Assembly (NCBI GenBank): GCA_964492425.1
Contig: CAZBKB010000003.1
Location: forward strand, 6,682 to 70,681
Source of the DNA: an uncultured Gammaproteobacteria bacterium
Lineage (GTDB): Bacteria > Patescibacteriota > Microgenomatia > Curtissbacterales > GWA2-41-24
DNA: 64,000 bases
Direction of reading: 5' to 3'
The position numbers were made by a program, and so were the translations under genes. Positions 9,607 to 18,825 of this stretch are shown here, piece by piece. A model generated the notes under the pieces. It saw only the letters and a list, made by a program, of their open reading frames with translations. It made no database searches and was not told the DNA's origin. Every line of letters starts with the position of its first letter. Within the stretch, counting starts at the first letter, position 1.

Positions 9607-12201
9607 ATGCCTAAAGAACAGCCACCGCTAAATTTAGAAGCCTTACAGGCAAAAGAGAGAAAACTGCAAGGCAGCCTGCTAAAGGCCGATCGCGTTGAGC
9701 TTACTTATACAGCCCGAATATACGCACCACATCTTGAGGAAGCAGTCAGAAAATCACCCGAAAAAGCAAGGTCTTGGGTCAACAAAGGCCAATTACTTCA
9801 GCCCCAGCACATTGCACTTGAAGCAAACATTCGGGTTGCCGATATTCGCGGAGCAATAAGGGACAATGCGATCCCGAAAATAGTGCAAAGCCTTGGCAAG
9901 ACCCAGGAGCAGATAAGAACACAAGACGAATCACCTGAACAAATAAGCATGTACGCCAGCCACCTTGAAGAATTAAAACGGGCAGCAACCTATGTCGAAG
10001 TCACCAAAGACAGAGTTATAGCAGGGCTTCTTACAAGCGGTGACCTAGACGAGGTCAAGGCTTACTACAGCAGCATAGAAAGCCTCCAGCAAACCGACCC
10101 CGAGCTTGCCCGCGCAAAAGAGGTCTACTTGGCAAAATTACAGAAGCAAGAAAGACAAGGCAGAACTACTTTTATCCCCCCAATTGAAAAACGAACTGGC
10201 AACGAACAAGAACCCCTAGCCTCTTTGAAAATCGACCGCAGCGTAAGTACAGTCCAAGTTGGTGGAAATGAGGTGGTTACACTGACCAAGGCTCAAATGG
10301 CCATCTTTGCAAGGCTGGCAAGGGAAACTAATGAAGCGGTGAAGCCGAAAACCCTGCGCGGTGTTCTAAAGAACGCGGGAGTCAGTCCTAAAACAAGCAT
10401 CACACAGGTCATTAATGAAATAAGAGCAAAAATTGAAGTAGATCCAAATGCACCTAAAATCTTAACCATGACTGGTTCAAGAAACGGTGCGAAATATGCC
10501 ATTAATGCCAATGTTGAATTTATCGGCAAATCAGAACGGTCAAGATTATCCAAAGAAGGATGGAAAATCTTCGAGATCGAGATGCCAGACGGTCAAGTTG
10601 TCAAAATTCAGGGTCAAAGATATGCCGATACCTTAAAACACTTGCTTCCGGCAACAATCGATAACCCAACAGGAACAGAAAGTCTATCAATGCAACTTTA
10701 TGGTAAAGCAGACAGAAGTAGTAGGAGCAGAGTTGCAAGCAAGGTAGCGAAGGTTAAAAGTGTACTCAAACCATACAATTGGACTGTAATTCAGCCTGTC
10801 CCACACGAAGATCTCAAATTTAAAAAGGGCGTAAAAAGCACTGAGCAACAAATCCCAAACGCCAAATATTATCTCGAAAAAATCACACCAGACGGTGTAC
10901 AAGCCAAACCGGCTACCTTTCCGCCAACCCCACCCGTTGAAACTCCGCCCGTACAAATTCCACCTGTAGAGTTTGGTCTTCGCCAAAGCCACCTAGACAC
11001 ACTCGACTACATCAGACAAAACCCAGACGGCCGGATGCAAACCGCAATCGCACTGCTTCGTACAACCAAGAAAGGCATTCCCCACACAAGGCCTCAAGCT
11101 GCTTTTGCAGCCAATCGCGCACTTTGGCATCTTTTCAACAGGAACCAAATGGGTATCGCAACAGAGGCAGAACAAGCTTTAAAAACCAACATCGAACAGG
11201 CACTTGGCTTAAAAGACGTTGAGGCAAAAGCCAAATTCAAAGAAATCGTAACCAACTTTTTCAGTTCAGATAGAAAGCAAGTTGAGGAAGTGCTTAAAAG
11301 CAAGGAAGTTAAAGAACCCATCAAAGAATTACCAACGGAAGCCGAAGTAGCACTTCTGGTAACTATCTACAAGCTAAGAAGAGACATTATTAAAAAATAC
11401 GAGCTGCCCCAACTCCCCCAAGATATAATCGAAGAGGCGTTAAAAGCATTCCCGGGAAGGCTAGATCTCGCAGCTGACGAGATAGTGAGCTTGCGCAATA
11501 GCGCCTACGACAAATTTGCAAGCATTGTCCAAAGCGACCAGTTAAACGAACTCTACGATCAAGCACCAGAAAGTACCAAGAAACTTATTATATATTTCAT
11601 GGAAATTGACCCTGAGACGCAACTTCAAGCACTCAAAGAAGCTTTACTTGCACCAACAGAAGCAGGATGGAAAGTGGTATCAGGCAGAGTTCAAGAATAC
11701 TGGAAAGGATTAGACGGCCATGAAATCAAAAGTGCCCAAACAGGGATAAATCCAATCCCAGATCCCGATGGGAAACCCGAAAATCAAAAACATACAGATT
11801 TGGCCGACTTAAGCACATCAAGTGTTTCCCCAGATAACCAAACAAACTCGATAACTGAAAAACCAAAGGTCTACAGCCTTGAGCGCCATGATCCCCAACT
11901 AAGGCAAAGAATACAGGGAATTCTGGACCAACTCGAATCAATAGCTGCCGACAGAAGTCGGACTCTCACGGTTCCGCAACTCGGTAATCTTGGCATCAAA
12001 GCAAAATTCGCCCAAAAAGTAGAGAGGGAGGGTTATATCCAAAGTAAAAAAGGACGAGACCATCATCCGATATTTACAGTCCATGAAGTAGCAATTCTTC
12101 TTTATTTAAAAGATTTTGCAAACGGTTTAAGCAAAAGAGACAAAAAACAAATAAGACATTTCGTCCAAGAAGAGTTGGCAAAACGAGATGAACAAAACTA
12201 A
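9607..12201 (+). CDS. Large multi-HTH protein: two OmpR/PhoB-type winged helices plus a possible C-terminal MerR-like HTH
   Basis: LTKAQMAIFARL...INEIRAKIEVDPNAPKILT..GAKY; second unit SLSMQLYG...RVASKVAKVKSVL; C-terminal LTVPQL..GI...VEREGYI...PIFTVHEV. Confidence 0.65.
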   Translation: MPKEQPPLNLEALQAKERKLQGSLLKADRVELTYTARIYAPHLEEAVRKSPEKARSWVNKGQLLQPQHIALEANIRVADIRGAIRDNAIPKIVQSLGKTQEQIRTQDESPEQISMYASHLEELKRAATYVEVTKDRVIAGLLTSGDLDEVKAYYSSIESLQQTDPELARAKEVYLAKLQKQERQGRTTFIPPIEKRTGNEQEPLASLKIDRSVSTVQVGGNEVVTLTKAQMAIFARLARETNEAVKPKTLRGVLKNAGVSPKTSITQVINEIRAKIEVDPNAPKILTMTGSRNGAKYAINANVEFIGKSERSRLSKEGWKIFEIEMPDGQVVKIQGQRYADTLKHLLPATIDNPTGTESLSMQLYGKADRSSRSRVASKVAKVKSVLKPYNWTVIQPVPHEDLKFKKGVKSTEQQIPNAKYYLEKITPDGVQAKPATFPPTPPVETPPVQIPPVEFGLRQSHLDTLDYIRQNPDGRMQTAIALLRTTKKGIPHTRPQAAFAANRALWHLFNRNQMGIATEAEQALKTNIEQALGLKDVEAKAKFKEIVTNFFSSDRKQVEEVLKSKEVKEPIKELPTEAEVALLVTIYKLRRDIIKKYELPQLPQDIIEEALKAFPGRLDLAADEIVSLRNSAYDKFASIVQSDQLNELYDQAPESTKKLIIYFMEIDPETQLQALKEALLAPTEAGWKVVSGRVQEYWKGLDGHEIKSAQTGINPIPDPDGKPENQKHTDLADLSTSSVSPDNQTNSITEKPKVYSLERHDPQLRQRIQGILDQLESIAADRSRTLTVPQLGNLGIKAKFAQKVEREGYIQSKKGRDHHPIFTVHEVAILLYLKDFANGLSKRDKKQIRHFVQEELAKRDEQN

Positions 12202-12225
12202 GATAATTAAAACAATTCAAAATAA

Positions 12226-13695
12226 ATGAGCGAGAGAAAACCACTTTTTATTCAGGAAGATATTGTAAATGCCCACAAGTACGTGGAGCGAGTAAAAGGA
12301 CGCGTTGATGCAGGCCAACTTACAGACGAACATCTGCAGAGTGCCCAAGCATATCTTGCGGGAGTAGAATTTTACGAGCCCCACCGACCACATCAGCTGT
12401 CAAGACAAACAATACGTTCAAAAGAAGAGGGAGAAAAGTTTCTACCAAAAATCTTAGTTAATCCAGAAACAAAAAGGGTCGAAATACCAAAATACGAAAT
12501 CGCCACAAAAATACCAGGAAAAGTCGAATGGGTACTATTTACTTACCTTGCACAAAATCCAAATAAAGACCTTCCTAAACAGATTTTAATCGCGGTTGCC
12601 CAACAAGCCGGTTCTAGTGCAAATGATATTAGAGATTTAATCTATCGCTTAAGAAAGAGTTTGGAACCGGATTCTAAAAACCCACTAATAATTACTACCA
12701 CCAAAATAGATAGCAAGTATTTCTATAGCTTAAACGCCAAAGTAGAATTTGTAGAAGATGAAAAAGAAAAGGAAAAGAAAAAAGTAACAAAACCAAAAGA
12801 AACACAGGAAGAAAGGCGAAGCTATACCATTAATTTATCAGAACGATCCCTAACCGATCAAGTGACGGGCACAGTGTTGGATATTATCGACGATCTGGAT
12901 TTTGTTATTTTAGCTAAAATTGCCCAGTCACAACAAAAAGGCTTTCTCGGAGAAACAATTGCCAGAATCTGTCGTGAAGCAGGCGATAAAAAAGGACCGT
13001 CACACGGAGTCATCAAAAGATTAAGGAGTATCTTTAATGACACTGAAGATACTCCAAAAATCATCACTCAAACTGGCAAAACGAGAGGCACAAGATACTT
13101 TCTAAATGCGGACGTTGAGCTCATAAGCGATGAAAAGACAATTCAAGAAGTTTCATCCACCCAACCGGAAACAGACGAGAAACAGCCTGTTGCAAGCCCA
13201 GACCAGCAAGCCGCTGGCTCACCAAGGATTGATTCAGCACAACGAACCTACGTACCATACAAAGCAACAGAAGATGAAAAGAGATCCAGTGCGGAAAACC
13301 GTACATTAAAAGCAGTTATCTTGGCAATTCACCCAGTAAACAACACAATAGACTTTGAAACGCTGCAGAAAGGGTTATTTTCCCCGGATTCGATTTATCA
13401 AACACCAACCGGTAAATGGATCACTATAAAACAGGCAGATGAAATAATTGAGGTTTTTGACAGAGCTGTTGCTAAAATTCGCGAAGAGGCAGCAATACCT
13501 GCACTTCGCCAAAACTGGACCGACGGGGACAAACAAATCTGGGAAATACTGAACGAATCGATAAACCGTGTGTCCTCCGGAAATGTTGCAGAGTATTCCA
13601 AAAAACTTAAAAGTAAAATTAGACAGTCTCAAAATAGGTACTACAAGCAACCCCGCCCACAAAACGGTAACACCGTTTTTAGGATTAAAATATGA
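12226..13695 (+). CDS. Protein with two OmpR/PhoB-type winged-helix domains and no receiver domain; partial paralog of 9607-12201
   Basis: EWVLFTYLAQNPNK...IYRLRKSLEPDSKNPLIITT and DFVILAKIAQ...IKRLRSIFNDTEDTPKIITQ..GTRY. Confidence 0.75.
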   Translation: MSERKPLFIQEDIVNAHKYVERVKGRVDAGQLTDEHLQSAQAYLAGVEFYEPHRPHQLSRQTIRSKEEGEKFLPKILVNPETKRVEIPKYEIATKIPGKVEWVLFTYLAQNPNKDLPKQILIAVAQQAGSSANDIRDLIYRLRKSLEPDSKNPLIITTTKIDSKYFYSLNAKVEFVEDEKEKEKKKVTKPKETQEERRSYTINLSERSLTDQVTGTVLDIIDDLDFVILAKIAQSQQKGFLGETIARICREAGDKKGPSHGVIKRLRSIFNDTEDTPKIITQTGKTRGTRYFLNADVELISDEKTIQEVSSTQPETDEKQPVASPDQQAAGSPRIDSAQRTYVPYKATEDEKRSSAENRTLKAVILAIHPVNNTIDFETLQKGLFSPDSIYQTPTGKWITIKQADEIIEVFDRAVAKIREEAAIPALRQNWTDGDKQIWEILNESINRVSSGNVAEYSKKLKSKIRQSQNRYYKQPRPQNGNTVFRIKI

Positions 13696-15230
13696 AGGAA
13701 CACGAGCCTGTAATTAAACTAATAATCGAAGAGAAGTTCTCGCCCGGAGCAATAGAAGCTCTAATGGCTAATTACCGGGATGCCCAACTGGCTTTTTTAG
13801 AGCTTATAGATAATGCCATTGACAACCGTATTGAGGGCAGTGCCAATCCCCTGCAGGTTCGTGTTCGGGTTTCCAGAGACGAGCTCTCTGTCCATAATCA
13901 GGGTGGTGAGGGCTTAGACCTTTCCGGTCTTACAGACTTTTTCAACTGGGGCCATTCCGAAAAATCCGGGCGCATCGGCATTTGGGGTGTAGGCGGTAAA
14001 GGGGCTGCCGGCTATCTCGGCCAAAGCTTGGAATTAGTTTGCTCTGCCAAAGCTTCTCAACAGGAATACAAAGTAGCGGATCCAAACTGGACAAGAAGAG
14101 TAGAAGGCGAAACAAAACGACTCACACCGGAAGTGAAAAAGGCGCATACCGAAGACGGCTATTTCAGGATCAGAATAACCAATCTGACCAAAGAAGTTAA
14201 TGCGGCTGCTCTTACAACGAAACTTGGAGATATCTACCGCCCCCTGCTTTTAACCAATAGGGTCAAGATTAAAGTTAATGGTAAAGACGTTGAACCTCTT
14301 CAAATTCGCTATGTTGAAAACGATCCAAAATTAAAGCCTGATAATTTGCTTGTTCAAACACGCTTTGGGGACCATTTTGAGTTAAAAGTTGGGATAATGG
14401 AAGAAGGCCAAATCCTTAAACCGGGTATCCGATGCTATTATCATGGGCGTTTAATAGAAGCGGAGCATTTTTTCGGTCACCCAACTCCAGCCCAAATGCC
14501 CGAAGCGGCAAGACTAATTGGTGAGGTAGACTTCGATTTCGTCCCGGTAACGCCGAATAAATCCAGCTTCATACACTCCTCACCTCAATGGATTCATGCT
14601 TCAAAAAGAATGCAGGAGGTACTAACTCCATGGAATGATAAATTGCAAGGTATAAAAATAGACCACAGGACACCAGTTGAAAACTACGAAAAAGAGTTAG
14701 CCAGAAAAGCAAAAAGGGTACTCGAGCACGTCCTTGCAACCACCGGGATAATCACCAAAACTATGCTGCCGGGAGAATCCGAAGGCCGCAGACCGCCAGG
14801 CCCAAGTGGTAAGCCAAAGGTTAAAACCGGCAGAACAAGTTCAAGCCGTGGTCCCCAGGAAGGTCAGACAGCTCCTGTTCTCGACGCAACCATCGGTGAA
14901 ATGAAACGCTGGGGTGCTTTGCACGAGATAGATGTTGCTCCAATGGGAAATAACGGTAGAAGAAGTGAAGCAATAGACGAAAAAGGTCGGAAAATTTTAA
15001 AAATTAACTCCGACCATCCTCTATATCAAGCCGAAAAAAAGGCTGGAGACGACGCCCTGGGTCTTTATCAGACGGAAACCGCCATTTTAAAAATTGCCGA
15101 GCTTGCAACACAAGGCAAATCAATTGAGGAATACATCGAGCTTGTTGACAATCTTTCTCGAGAATGTGGAGCTGTTTATAATGCTCGACTGGCCCAAAGA
15201 GATAGAAAAAACGGGAGAAGAAAAAAATAA
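13692..15230 (+). CDS. GHKL-superfamily ATPase (HATPase_c_3/MORC-like)
   Basis: N-box ELIDNAID, G1-like NQGGEGL, G2 GIWGVGGKGA; S5-like region GIRCYYHGRLI..RLIGEVDFDFVPVTPNK; C-terminal ILKINSDHPLY; ATGA overlap with the upstream gene. Confidence 0.85.
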   Translation: MKEHEPVIKLIIEEKFSPGAIEALMANYRDAQLAFLELIDNAIDNRIEGSANPLQVRVRVSRDELSVHNQGGEGLDLSGLTDFFNWGHSEKSGRIGIWGVGGKGAAGYLGQSLELVCSAKASQQEYKVADPNWTRRVEGETKRLTPEVKKAHTEDGYFRIRITNLTKEVNAAALTTKLGDIYRPLLLTNRVKIKVNGKDVEPLQIRYVENDPKLKPDNLLVQTRFGDHFELKVGIMEEGQILKPGIRCYYHGRLIEAEHFFGHPTPAQMPEAARLIGEVDFDFVPVTPNKSSFIHSSPQWIHASKRMQEVLTPWNDKLQGIKIDHRTPVENYEKELARKAKRVLEHVLATTGIITKTMLPGESEGRRPPGPSGKPKVKTGRTSSSRGPQEGQTAPVLDATIGEMKRWGALHEIDVAPMGNNGRRSEAIDEKGRKILKINSDHPLYQAEKKAGDDALGLYQTETAILKIAELATQGKSIEEYIELVDNLSRECGAVYNARLAQRDRKNGRRKK

Positions 15231-15244
15231 TAATTGCCAGTACA

Positions 15245-15274
15245 TTGACAATCGACATTCATTATTGCTATATT
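15245..15274 (+). promoter_or_regulatory. Promoter of rplJL
   Basis: TTGACA-18 nt-TATATT with TG extension. Confidence 0.65.
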
Positions 15275-15280
15275 TCCCCT

Positions 15281-15539
15281 AGTCCAAAGACCGTAGCTAT
15301 TCACTTCGTTCAGAATAAACTCGAGCAAAGTGAGGTTAAATTTCAAAGGTCACTCAGGGTCTACCCTGAGGAGTACACGATGAAGGGCTACGCAGGCGAA
15401 GCCCCGTTTGACGGGGCGAAGCGCTCTTAAGCTTTCCTGTCCTTCGTAGTTTTAACGAATAAGGAATGCGAGGGAGGAAAAAAAGGTCATAAAATTCAAA
15501 TTTTTTGACCATCCAACGTCTCTTTGGAGACGTTTTTTT
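15281..15539 (+). ncRNA. L10 leader (rplJL autoregulatory RNA) with attenuator hairpin
   Basis: AAAGAC-CGTAGC...TTAAA...GCTACG-CAGG layout; terminator AACGTCTC-TTTG-GAGACGTT-T5 at 15515-15539, directly before the rplJ ATG. Confidence 0.7.
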
Positions 15540-16091
15540 ATGAAAAAACAAACTAAATCTGCACGCGAAATAAAAGAAGATAAAGTTACCGCGTTTAGTG
15601 AAAAAATAGAAAAAGCAAAAACTGTAACTTTTGCCGACTACCGTGGTTTAACCGCAAATCAGCTGACAGAATTAAGAGCAAAAGTAAAAAACGTCGGTGG
15701 TGAATTTTTAGTCGAAAAAAATAATTTGATCAAGATCTCCTTAAAATCTACAAAACACCAAATTCCATCGGGCCAAGATCAGTTGCTAGTAGGCCCCACA
15801 GCCGCAATCGTTGCATATGACGATGAAATTGCACCAATAAGAGAAATCGCCGAAAGTAACAAAAACTTTGGTCTTCCAATTTTTAAGTTCGGCTTTTTTA
15901 ATGAAAACTTTTTAACTTCAGAAAATGTCGAAAAACTATCCAAAATACCAAGTAGGGACGCGCTTCTTCAAAAAATGGTTGCCTCTCTCAACTCACCGCT
16001 TTATGGAATAGTTTCGGTTCTTTCTGCAAATCTCAAAAACCTTGTTTACACGCTAAGCGCAATAAAAACAAGAAAGGAAACTAACACCTAA
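15540..16091 (+). CDS. rplJ: 50S ribosomal protein L10
   Basis: DYRGLT..LRA, VEKNNL, GPTA, LSKIPSR. Confidence 0.96.
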   Translation: MKKQTKSAREIKEDKVTAFSEKIEKAKTVTFADYRGLTANQLTELRAKVKNVGGEFLVEKNNLIKISLKSTKHQIPSGQDQLLVGPTAAIVAYDDEIAPIREIAESNKNFGLPIFKFGFFNENFLTSENVEKLSKIPSRDALLQKMVASLNSPLYGIVSVLSANLKNLVYTLSAIKTRKETNT

Positions 16092-16163
16092 TTACTGGCA
16101 ACTAAAGTTCTTGTGTCAGTCGCCAGACTTAATGCGTTAGACATTGAACGGAGGTGAATTTAT

Positions 16164-16745
16164 ATGGCAGACAACAATCAAAAAGCAGCCGGTGCTGCAG
16201 TCGATGCAGAGGAAGCCGCAAAAGAAGCACAAGATGCTGCACAAAAGGCTGAAAAGGCAGCAGATGAGGCCAGGGAGGTAAAAGAGGAGGTAAAAGAAGT
16301 CGCACAAAAGGTTGAAGAGAAAAAAGTGGAATCAAAAGAAGAAAAACCACAAGTAAAAGTATCTGCAAATTTAGAAAAGATTATCAAATCAATTGAGGGA
16401 CTTTCTATTTTGGAATTAGCAGATTTAGTAAAAGCTCTTGAGGAAAAGTTTGGAGTTTCGGCAGCAGTACCGACAGCAGCAATAGCAGCAGGCACACCGG
16501 CAGCAGGCACTGAGCAGGAAGGAAGTGAACAAACAACTTTCAATGTAATTTTAGCAGACGGCGGTGCAAACAAAATTTCAGTGATTAAAGCTGTTCGTGA
16601 GCTTGTCCCAACACTTGGCCTTGCAGAAGCAAAAACTTTAGTCGACACCGCTCCAAAAACAGTTCTTGAAGGAGTTAACAAGGAAAACGCAAATGAAGCA
16701 AAAACTAAGCTTGAAGCAGTTGGCGCGAAAGTCGAGCTAAAGTAA
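16164..16745 (+). CDS. rplL: 50S ribosomal protein L7/L12 with Ala/Glu/Lys-rich N-terminal extension
   Basis: [40 protein letters not shown]; GGAGGTG SD. Confidence 0.96.
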   Translation: MADNNQKAAGAAVDAEEAAKEAQDAAQKAEKAADEAREVKEEVKEVAQKVEEKKVESKEEKPQVKVSANLEKIIKSIEGLSILELADLVKALEEKFGVSAAVPTAAIAAGTPAAGTEQEGSEQTTFNVILADGGANKISVIKAVRELVPTLGLAEAKTLVDTAPKTVLEGVNKENANEAKTKLEAVGAKVELK

Positions 16746-16756
16746 ATAGATCACAT

Positions 16757-16796
16757 TTTAAAAACGACTGACTGTAAATTATCAGTCGTTTTTAAA
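16757..16796. terminator. Bidirectional intrinsic terminator
   Basis: Perfect 15-bp inverted repeat TTTAAAAACGACTGA / TCAGTCGTTTTTAAA between convergent genes. Confidence 0.85.
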
Positions 16797-17184
16797 TGGC
16801 CTGTCTCAAAAGAGTAAACGTGTAATCTCCCGAATTTCTCAGATTCATTGTGGACTCAAAAATCTCAAAACCTTCTGCACCTACAGTAATTTTATAATCT
16901 CCTGCTTCCAGTCTCCTTATCAAAAATCGTCCGCCTGAATCTGCATACATGTAGTTATTTTTTCCATCCCGGGCAAGTACAACTCTGGCACCGCTCACAC
17001 CAATGCCACTCTCATCAGTTATTCTTCCGCCAGCAGATAAACGCAAACTATTATCAAGTGCAGCATACGGTTTCAAGTCCCCATAAACTTGCATAATCAA
17101 AAGAGAAGCGATAATCACAAAAATCCACACCAATATGCTTGCAAAAACCAAAATTCTAAACCCGACTTTATGGCGCGCATTCAC
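16792..17184 (-). CDS. Carboxypeptidase-regulatory-like (prealbumin fold) domain membrane protein
   Basis: TM helix plus GRITDESG.GVSGARV...ADSGGRF...GDYKITV.AEGF. Confidence 0.8.
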   Translation of the reverse strand: MNARHKVGFRILVFASILVWIFVIIASLLIMQVYGDLKPYAALDNSLRLSAGGRITDESGIGVSGARVVLARDGKNNYMYADSGGRFLIRRLEAGDYKITVGAEGFEIFESTMNLRNSGDYTFTLLRQAI

Positions 17185-17582
17185 TTTACATTCACCTTTC
17201 CCACAAAATTTGCTGTCTTATCAACATAAGAATATTCTCCAGCATTTTCAAATTTAAAACTCAGGGTCTCTCCTGGCTCTAAATACTCGTTTATAGCAGC
17301 CAGATTATCCAAACTCGTTGAGAGGGTAAACATAACACTGTGTTTATAACTGCCATTATTAATCCATTTAATCTGGGTCCCGCTTTTGATGGTAATGTTT
17401 TCCGGATTAAAACCTTTGTCGCTGGCATAAACCGTCACTTCTCCTTCTCTGCTTACCTGAGGTATAACACTGGCAGATATCTTTTCATCTCTGGCGCTAA
17501 ATAGAAAATATAGTATTATCGAAAAAACAACAACACCACTTACAAAAGCAAAGGCCCAAAACTTGTTTTGCACAAGCCCCAT
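17181..17582 (-). CDS. Cupredoxin-fold membrane-anchored protein
   Basis: GFNPENITIKSGTQIKWIN..HSV..LEPGET..F..AGEYSY; Cys ligand absent. Confidence 0.8.
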   Translation of the reverse strand: MGLVQNKFWAFAFVSGVVVFSIILYFLFSARDEKISASVIPQVSREGEVTVYASDKGFNPENITIKSGTQIKWINNGSYKHSVMFTLSTSLDNLAAINEYLEPGETLSFKFENAGEYSYVDKTANFVGKVNVK

Positions 17583-17628
17583 ACACTAATTATATGCACT
17601 TCTTGGCAAAAATAACCAATTTCCCCCA

Positions 17629-17657
17629 TTGACGAGTCTAATCTTGCGTGATACATT
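17629..17657 (+). promoter_or_regulatory. Probable sigma70 promoter of the HTH gene
   Basis: TTGACG-17 nt-TACATT with TG extension. Confidence 0.45.
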
Positions 17658-17767
17658 AAAGTCCATAATTGACTTGTTAGTTTTGTAATAAGACTCACTA
17701 ATAATCATAAAACCTCTACTTACTAAAAACAATTGACTATGAACTATCAACTACCAACTATTTATAA

Positions 17768-17980
17768 ATGGCACTAGGAGATGACTGGCCGGATTTGCTA
17801 ACAGTTAAGGAAGTTGCAAAAATACTTCGGGTTGCTCCACTTACAGTCAAACGATGGGGCAAGCGCGGTAAACTGCCGGCAATTAGGATAAACTCCCGCG
17901 GCGACCGCAGATATAAAAAAGAAGCAGTGCTTTGGCTACTCGGCGCGATCAAATCTGTAGACCAGTCTTTAAATCAATAA
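17768..17980 (+). CDS. Excisionase/MerR-like helix-turn-helix protein
   Basis: LLTVKEVAKILRVAPLTVKRWGKRGKLPAIRINSRGDRRY. Confidence 0.9.
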   Translation: MALGDDWPDLLTVKEVAKILRVAPLTVKRWGKRGKLPAIRINSRGDRRYKKEAVLWLLGAIKSVDQSLNQ

Positions 17981-18088
17981 ATCCAAAACTGCTGTTTTAT
18001 TAAGGGACTCCGCACCAGAAAAATTAGACAAAAATTATGCTATCGCTTGCTTTTTGCCTAAACACCATATAAACTCAACATTAACAAA

Positions 18089-18655
18089 GTGCAAAGTAAA
18101 CTCCAAATAATAACTAAATCCACAACAACCAAAACAATTTTAGCAACTATTGCCGTATCAGCACTGATTGGCTCCGCCATAATCTTCCCTTCTCTACCAT
18201 ATGCAATCAGCAAATTCACCAAGCTTAATACTAAAAAAGAAAAATACTATCTCAAAAAAGTTTTCAAAAAGCTTGAAAGGCAAAACCTCATATCCATCTC
18301 CGAAACATCGGATGGAAAAGTAAAAATTACATTAACGGAAAACGGTAGGGCAAGAATTCTAGACCATAAAATAGATGCTATAACAATTAAAAAAGCAGAT
18401 AACTGGGATAAAATATGGCGACTAGTAATCTTTGATATTCCAGAAACCAAAAAAGTAAATCGAGATATATTTAGGCAAAAGTTAAAAAACTTAGGTTTCT
18501 ATCCCCTTCAAAAAAGCATCTTTGCGATTCCTTATCATTGCAAAGACGAAATAGACTTTCTAAAACACAACTTCGGCATTGCAGATCACGTTACATACAT
18601 CGAAGCAAAATATATAGACAAGCAAAACCACCTAAGAAACTATTTCCAAATTTAA
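18089..18655 (+). CDS. PaaX-like transcriptional regulator (wHTH plus ferredoxin-like domain)
   Basis: LT..GR wing, then WDKIWRLVIFDIPE...R..L..LGF..LQKSIF. Confidence 0.85.
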   Translation: MQSKLQIITKSTTTKTILATIAVSALIGSAIIFPSLPYAISKFTKLNTKKEKYYLKKVFKKLERQNLISISETSDGKVKITLTENGRARILDHKIDAITIKKADNWDKIWRLVIFDIPETKKVNRDIFRQKLKNLGFYPLQKSIFAIPYHCKDEIDFLKHNFGIADHVTYIEAKYIDKQNHLRNYFQI

Positions 18656-18825
18656 CCTAAGCACTTATCCATTATCGCGAACATAAATTAGAACTTTTTT
18701 ATGCGACCGCATATTTTCGTTCCAAATGAAGATCTATAATAAATTACCCTCACATGAACAAATATTCTCCCCACTTTTCACTAGGTTGTAAAATACTCTC
18801 CTAAAATATATACTCAAGCCAAAAT

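Noticed and set aside
9607-15230. Two-component system (response regulators plus histidine kinase)
   Set aside because: No receiver domains, no HisKA H-box and no sensor; the ATPase domain is N-terminal as in MORC/MutL/Hsp90
17181-17582. Blue copper electron carrier
   Set aside because: The C-terminal Cys/His/Met ligand loop is absent (YSYVDKTANFVG); fold only
17768-17980. Excisionase implying a prophage or integrative element
   Set aside because: No integrase, att duplication or phage structural genes nearby
18089-18655. Cas2-like domain suggesting CRISPR-Cas
   Set aside because: The W..W.LV.FDIPE domain follows a wHTH, i.e. a PaaX-like regulator; no cas1 or repeat-spacer array in the window
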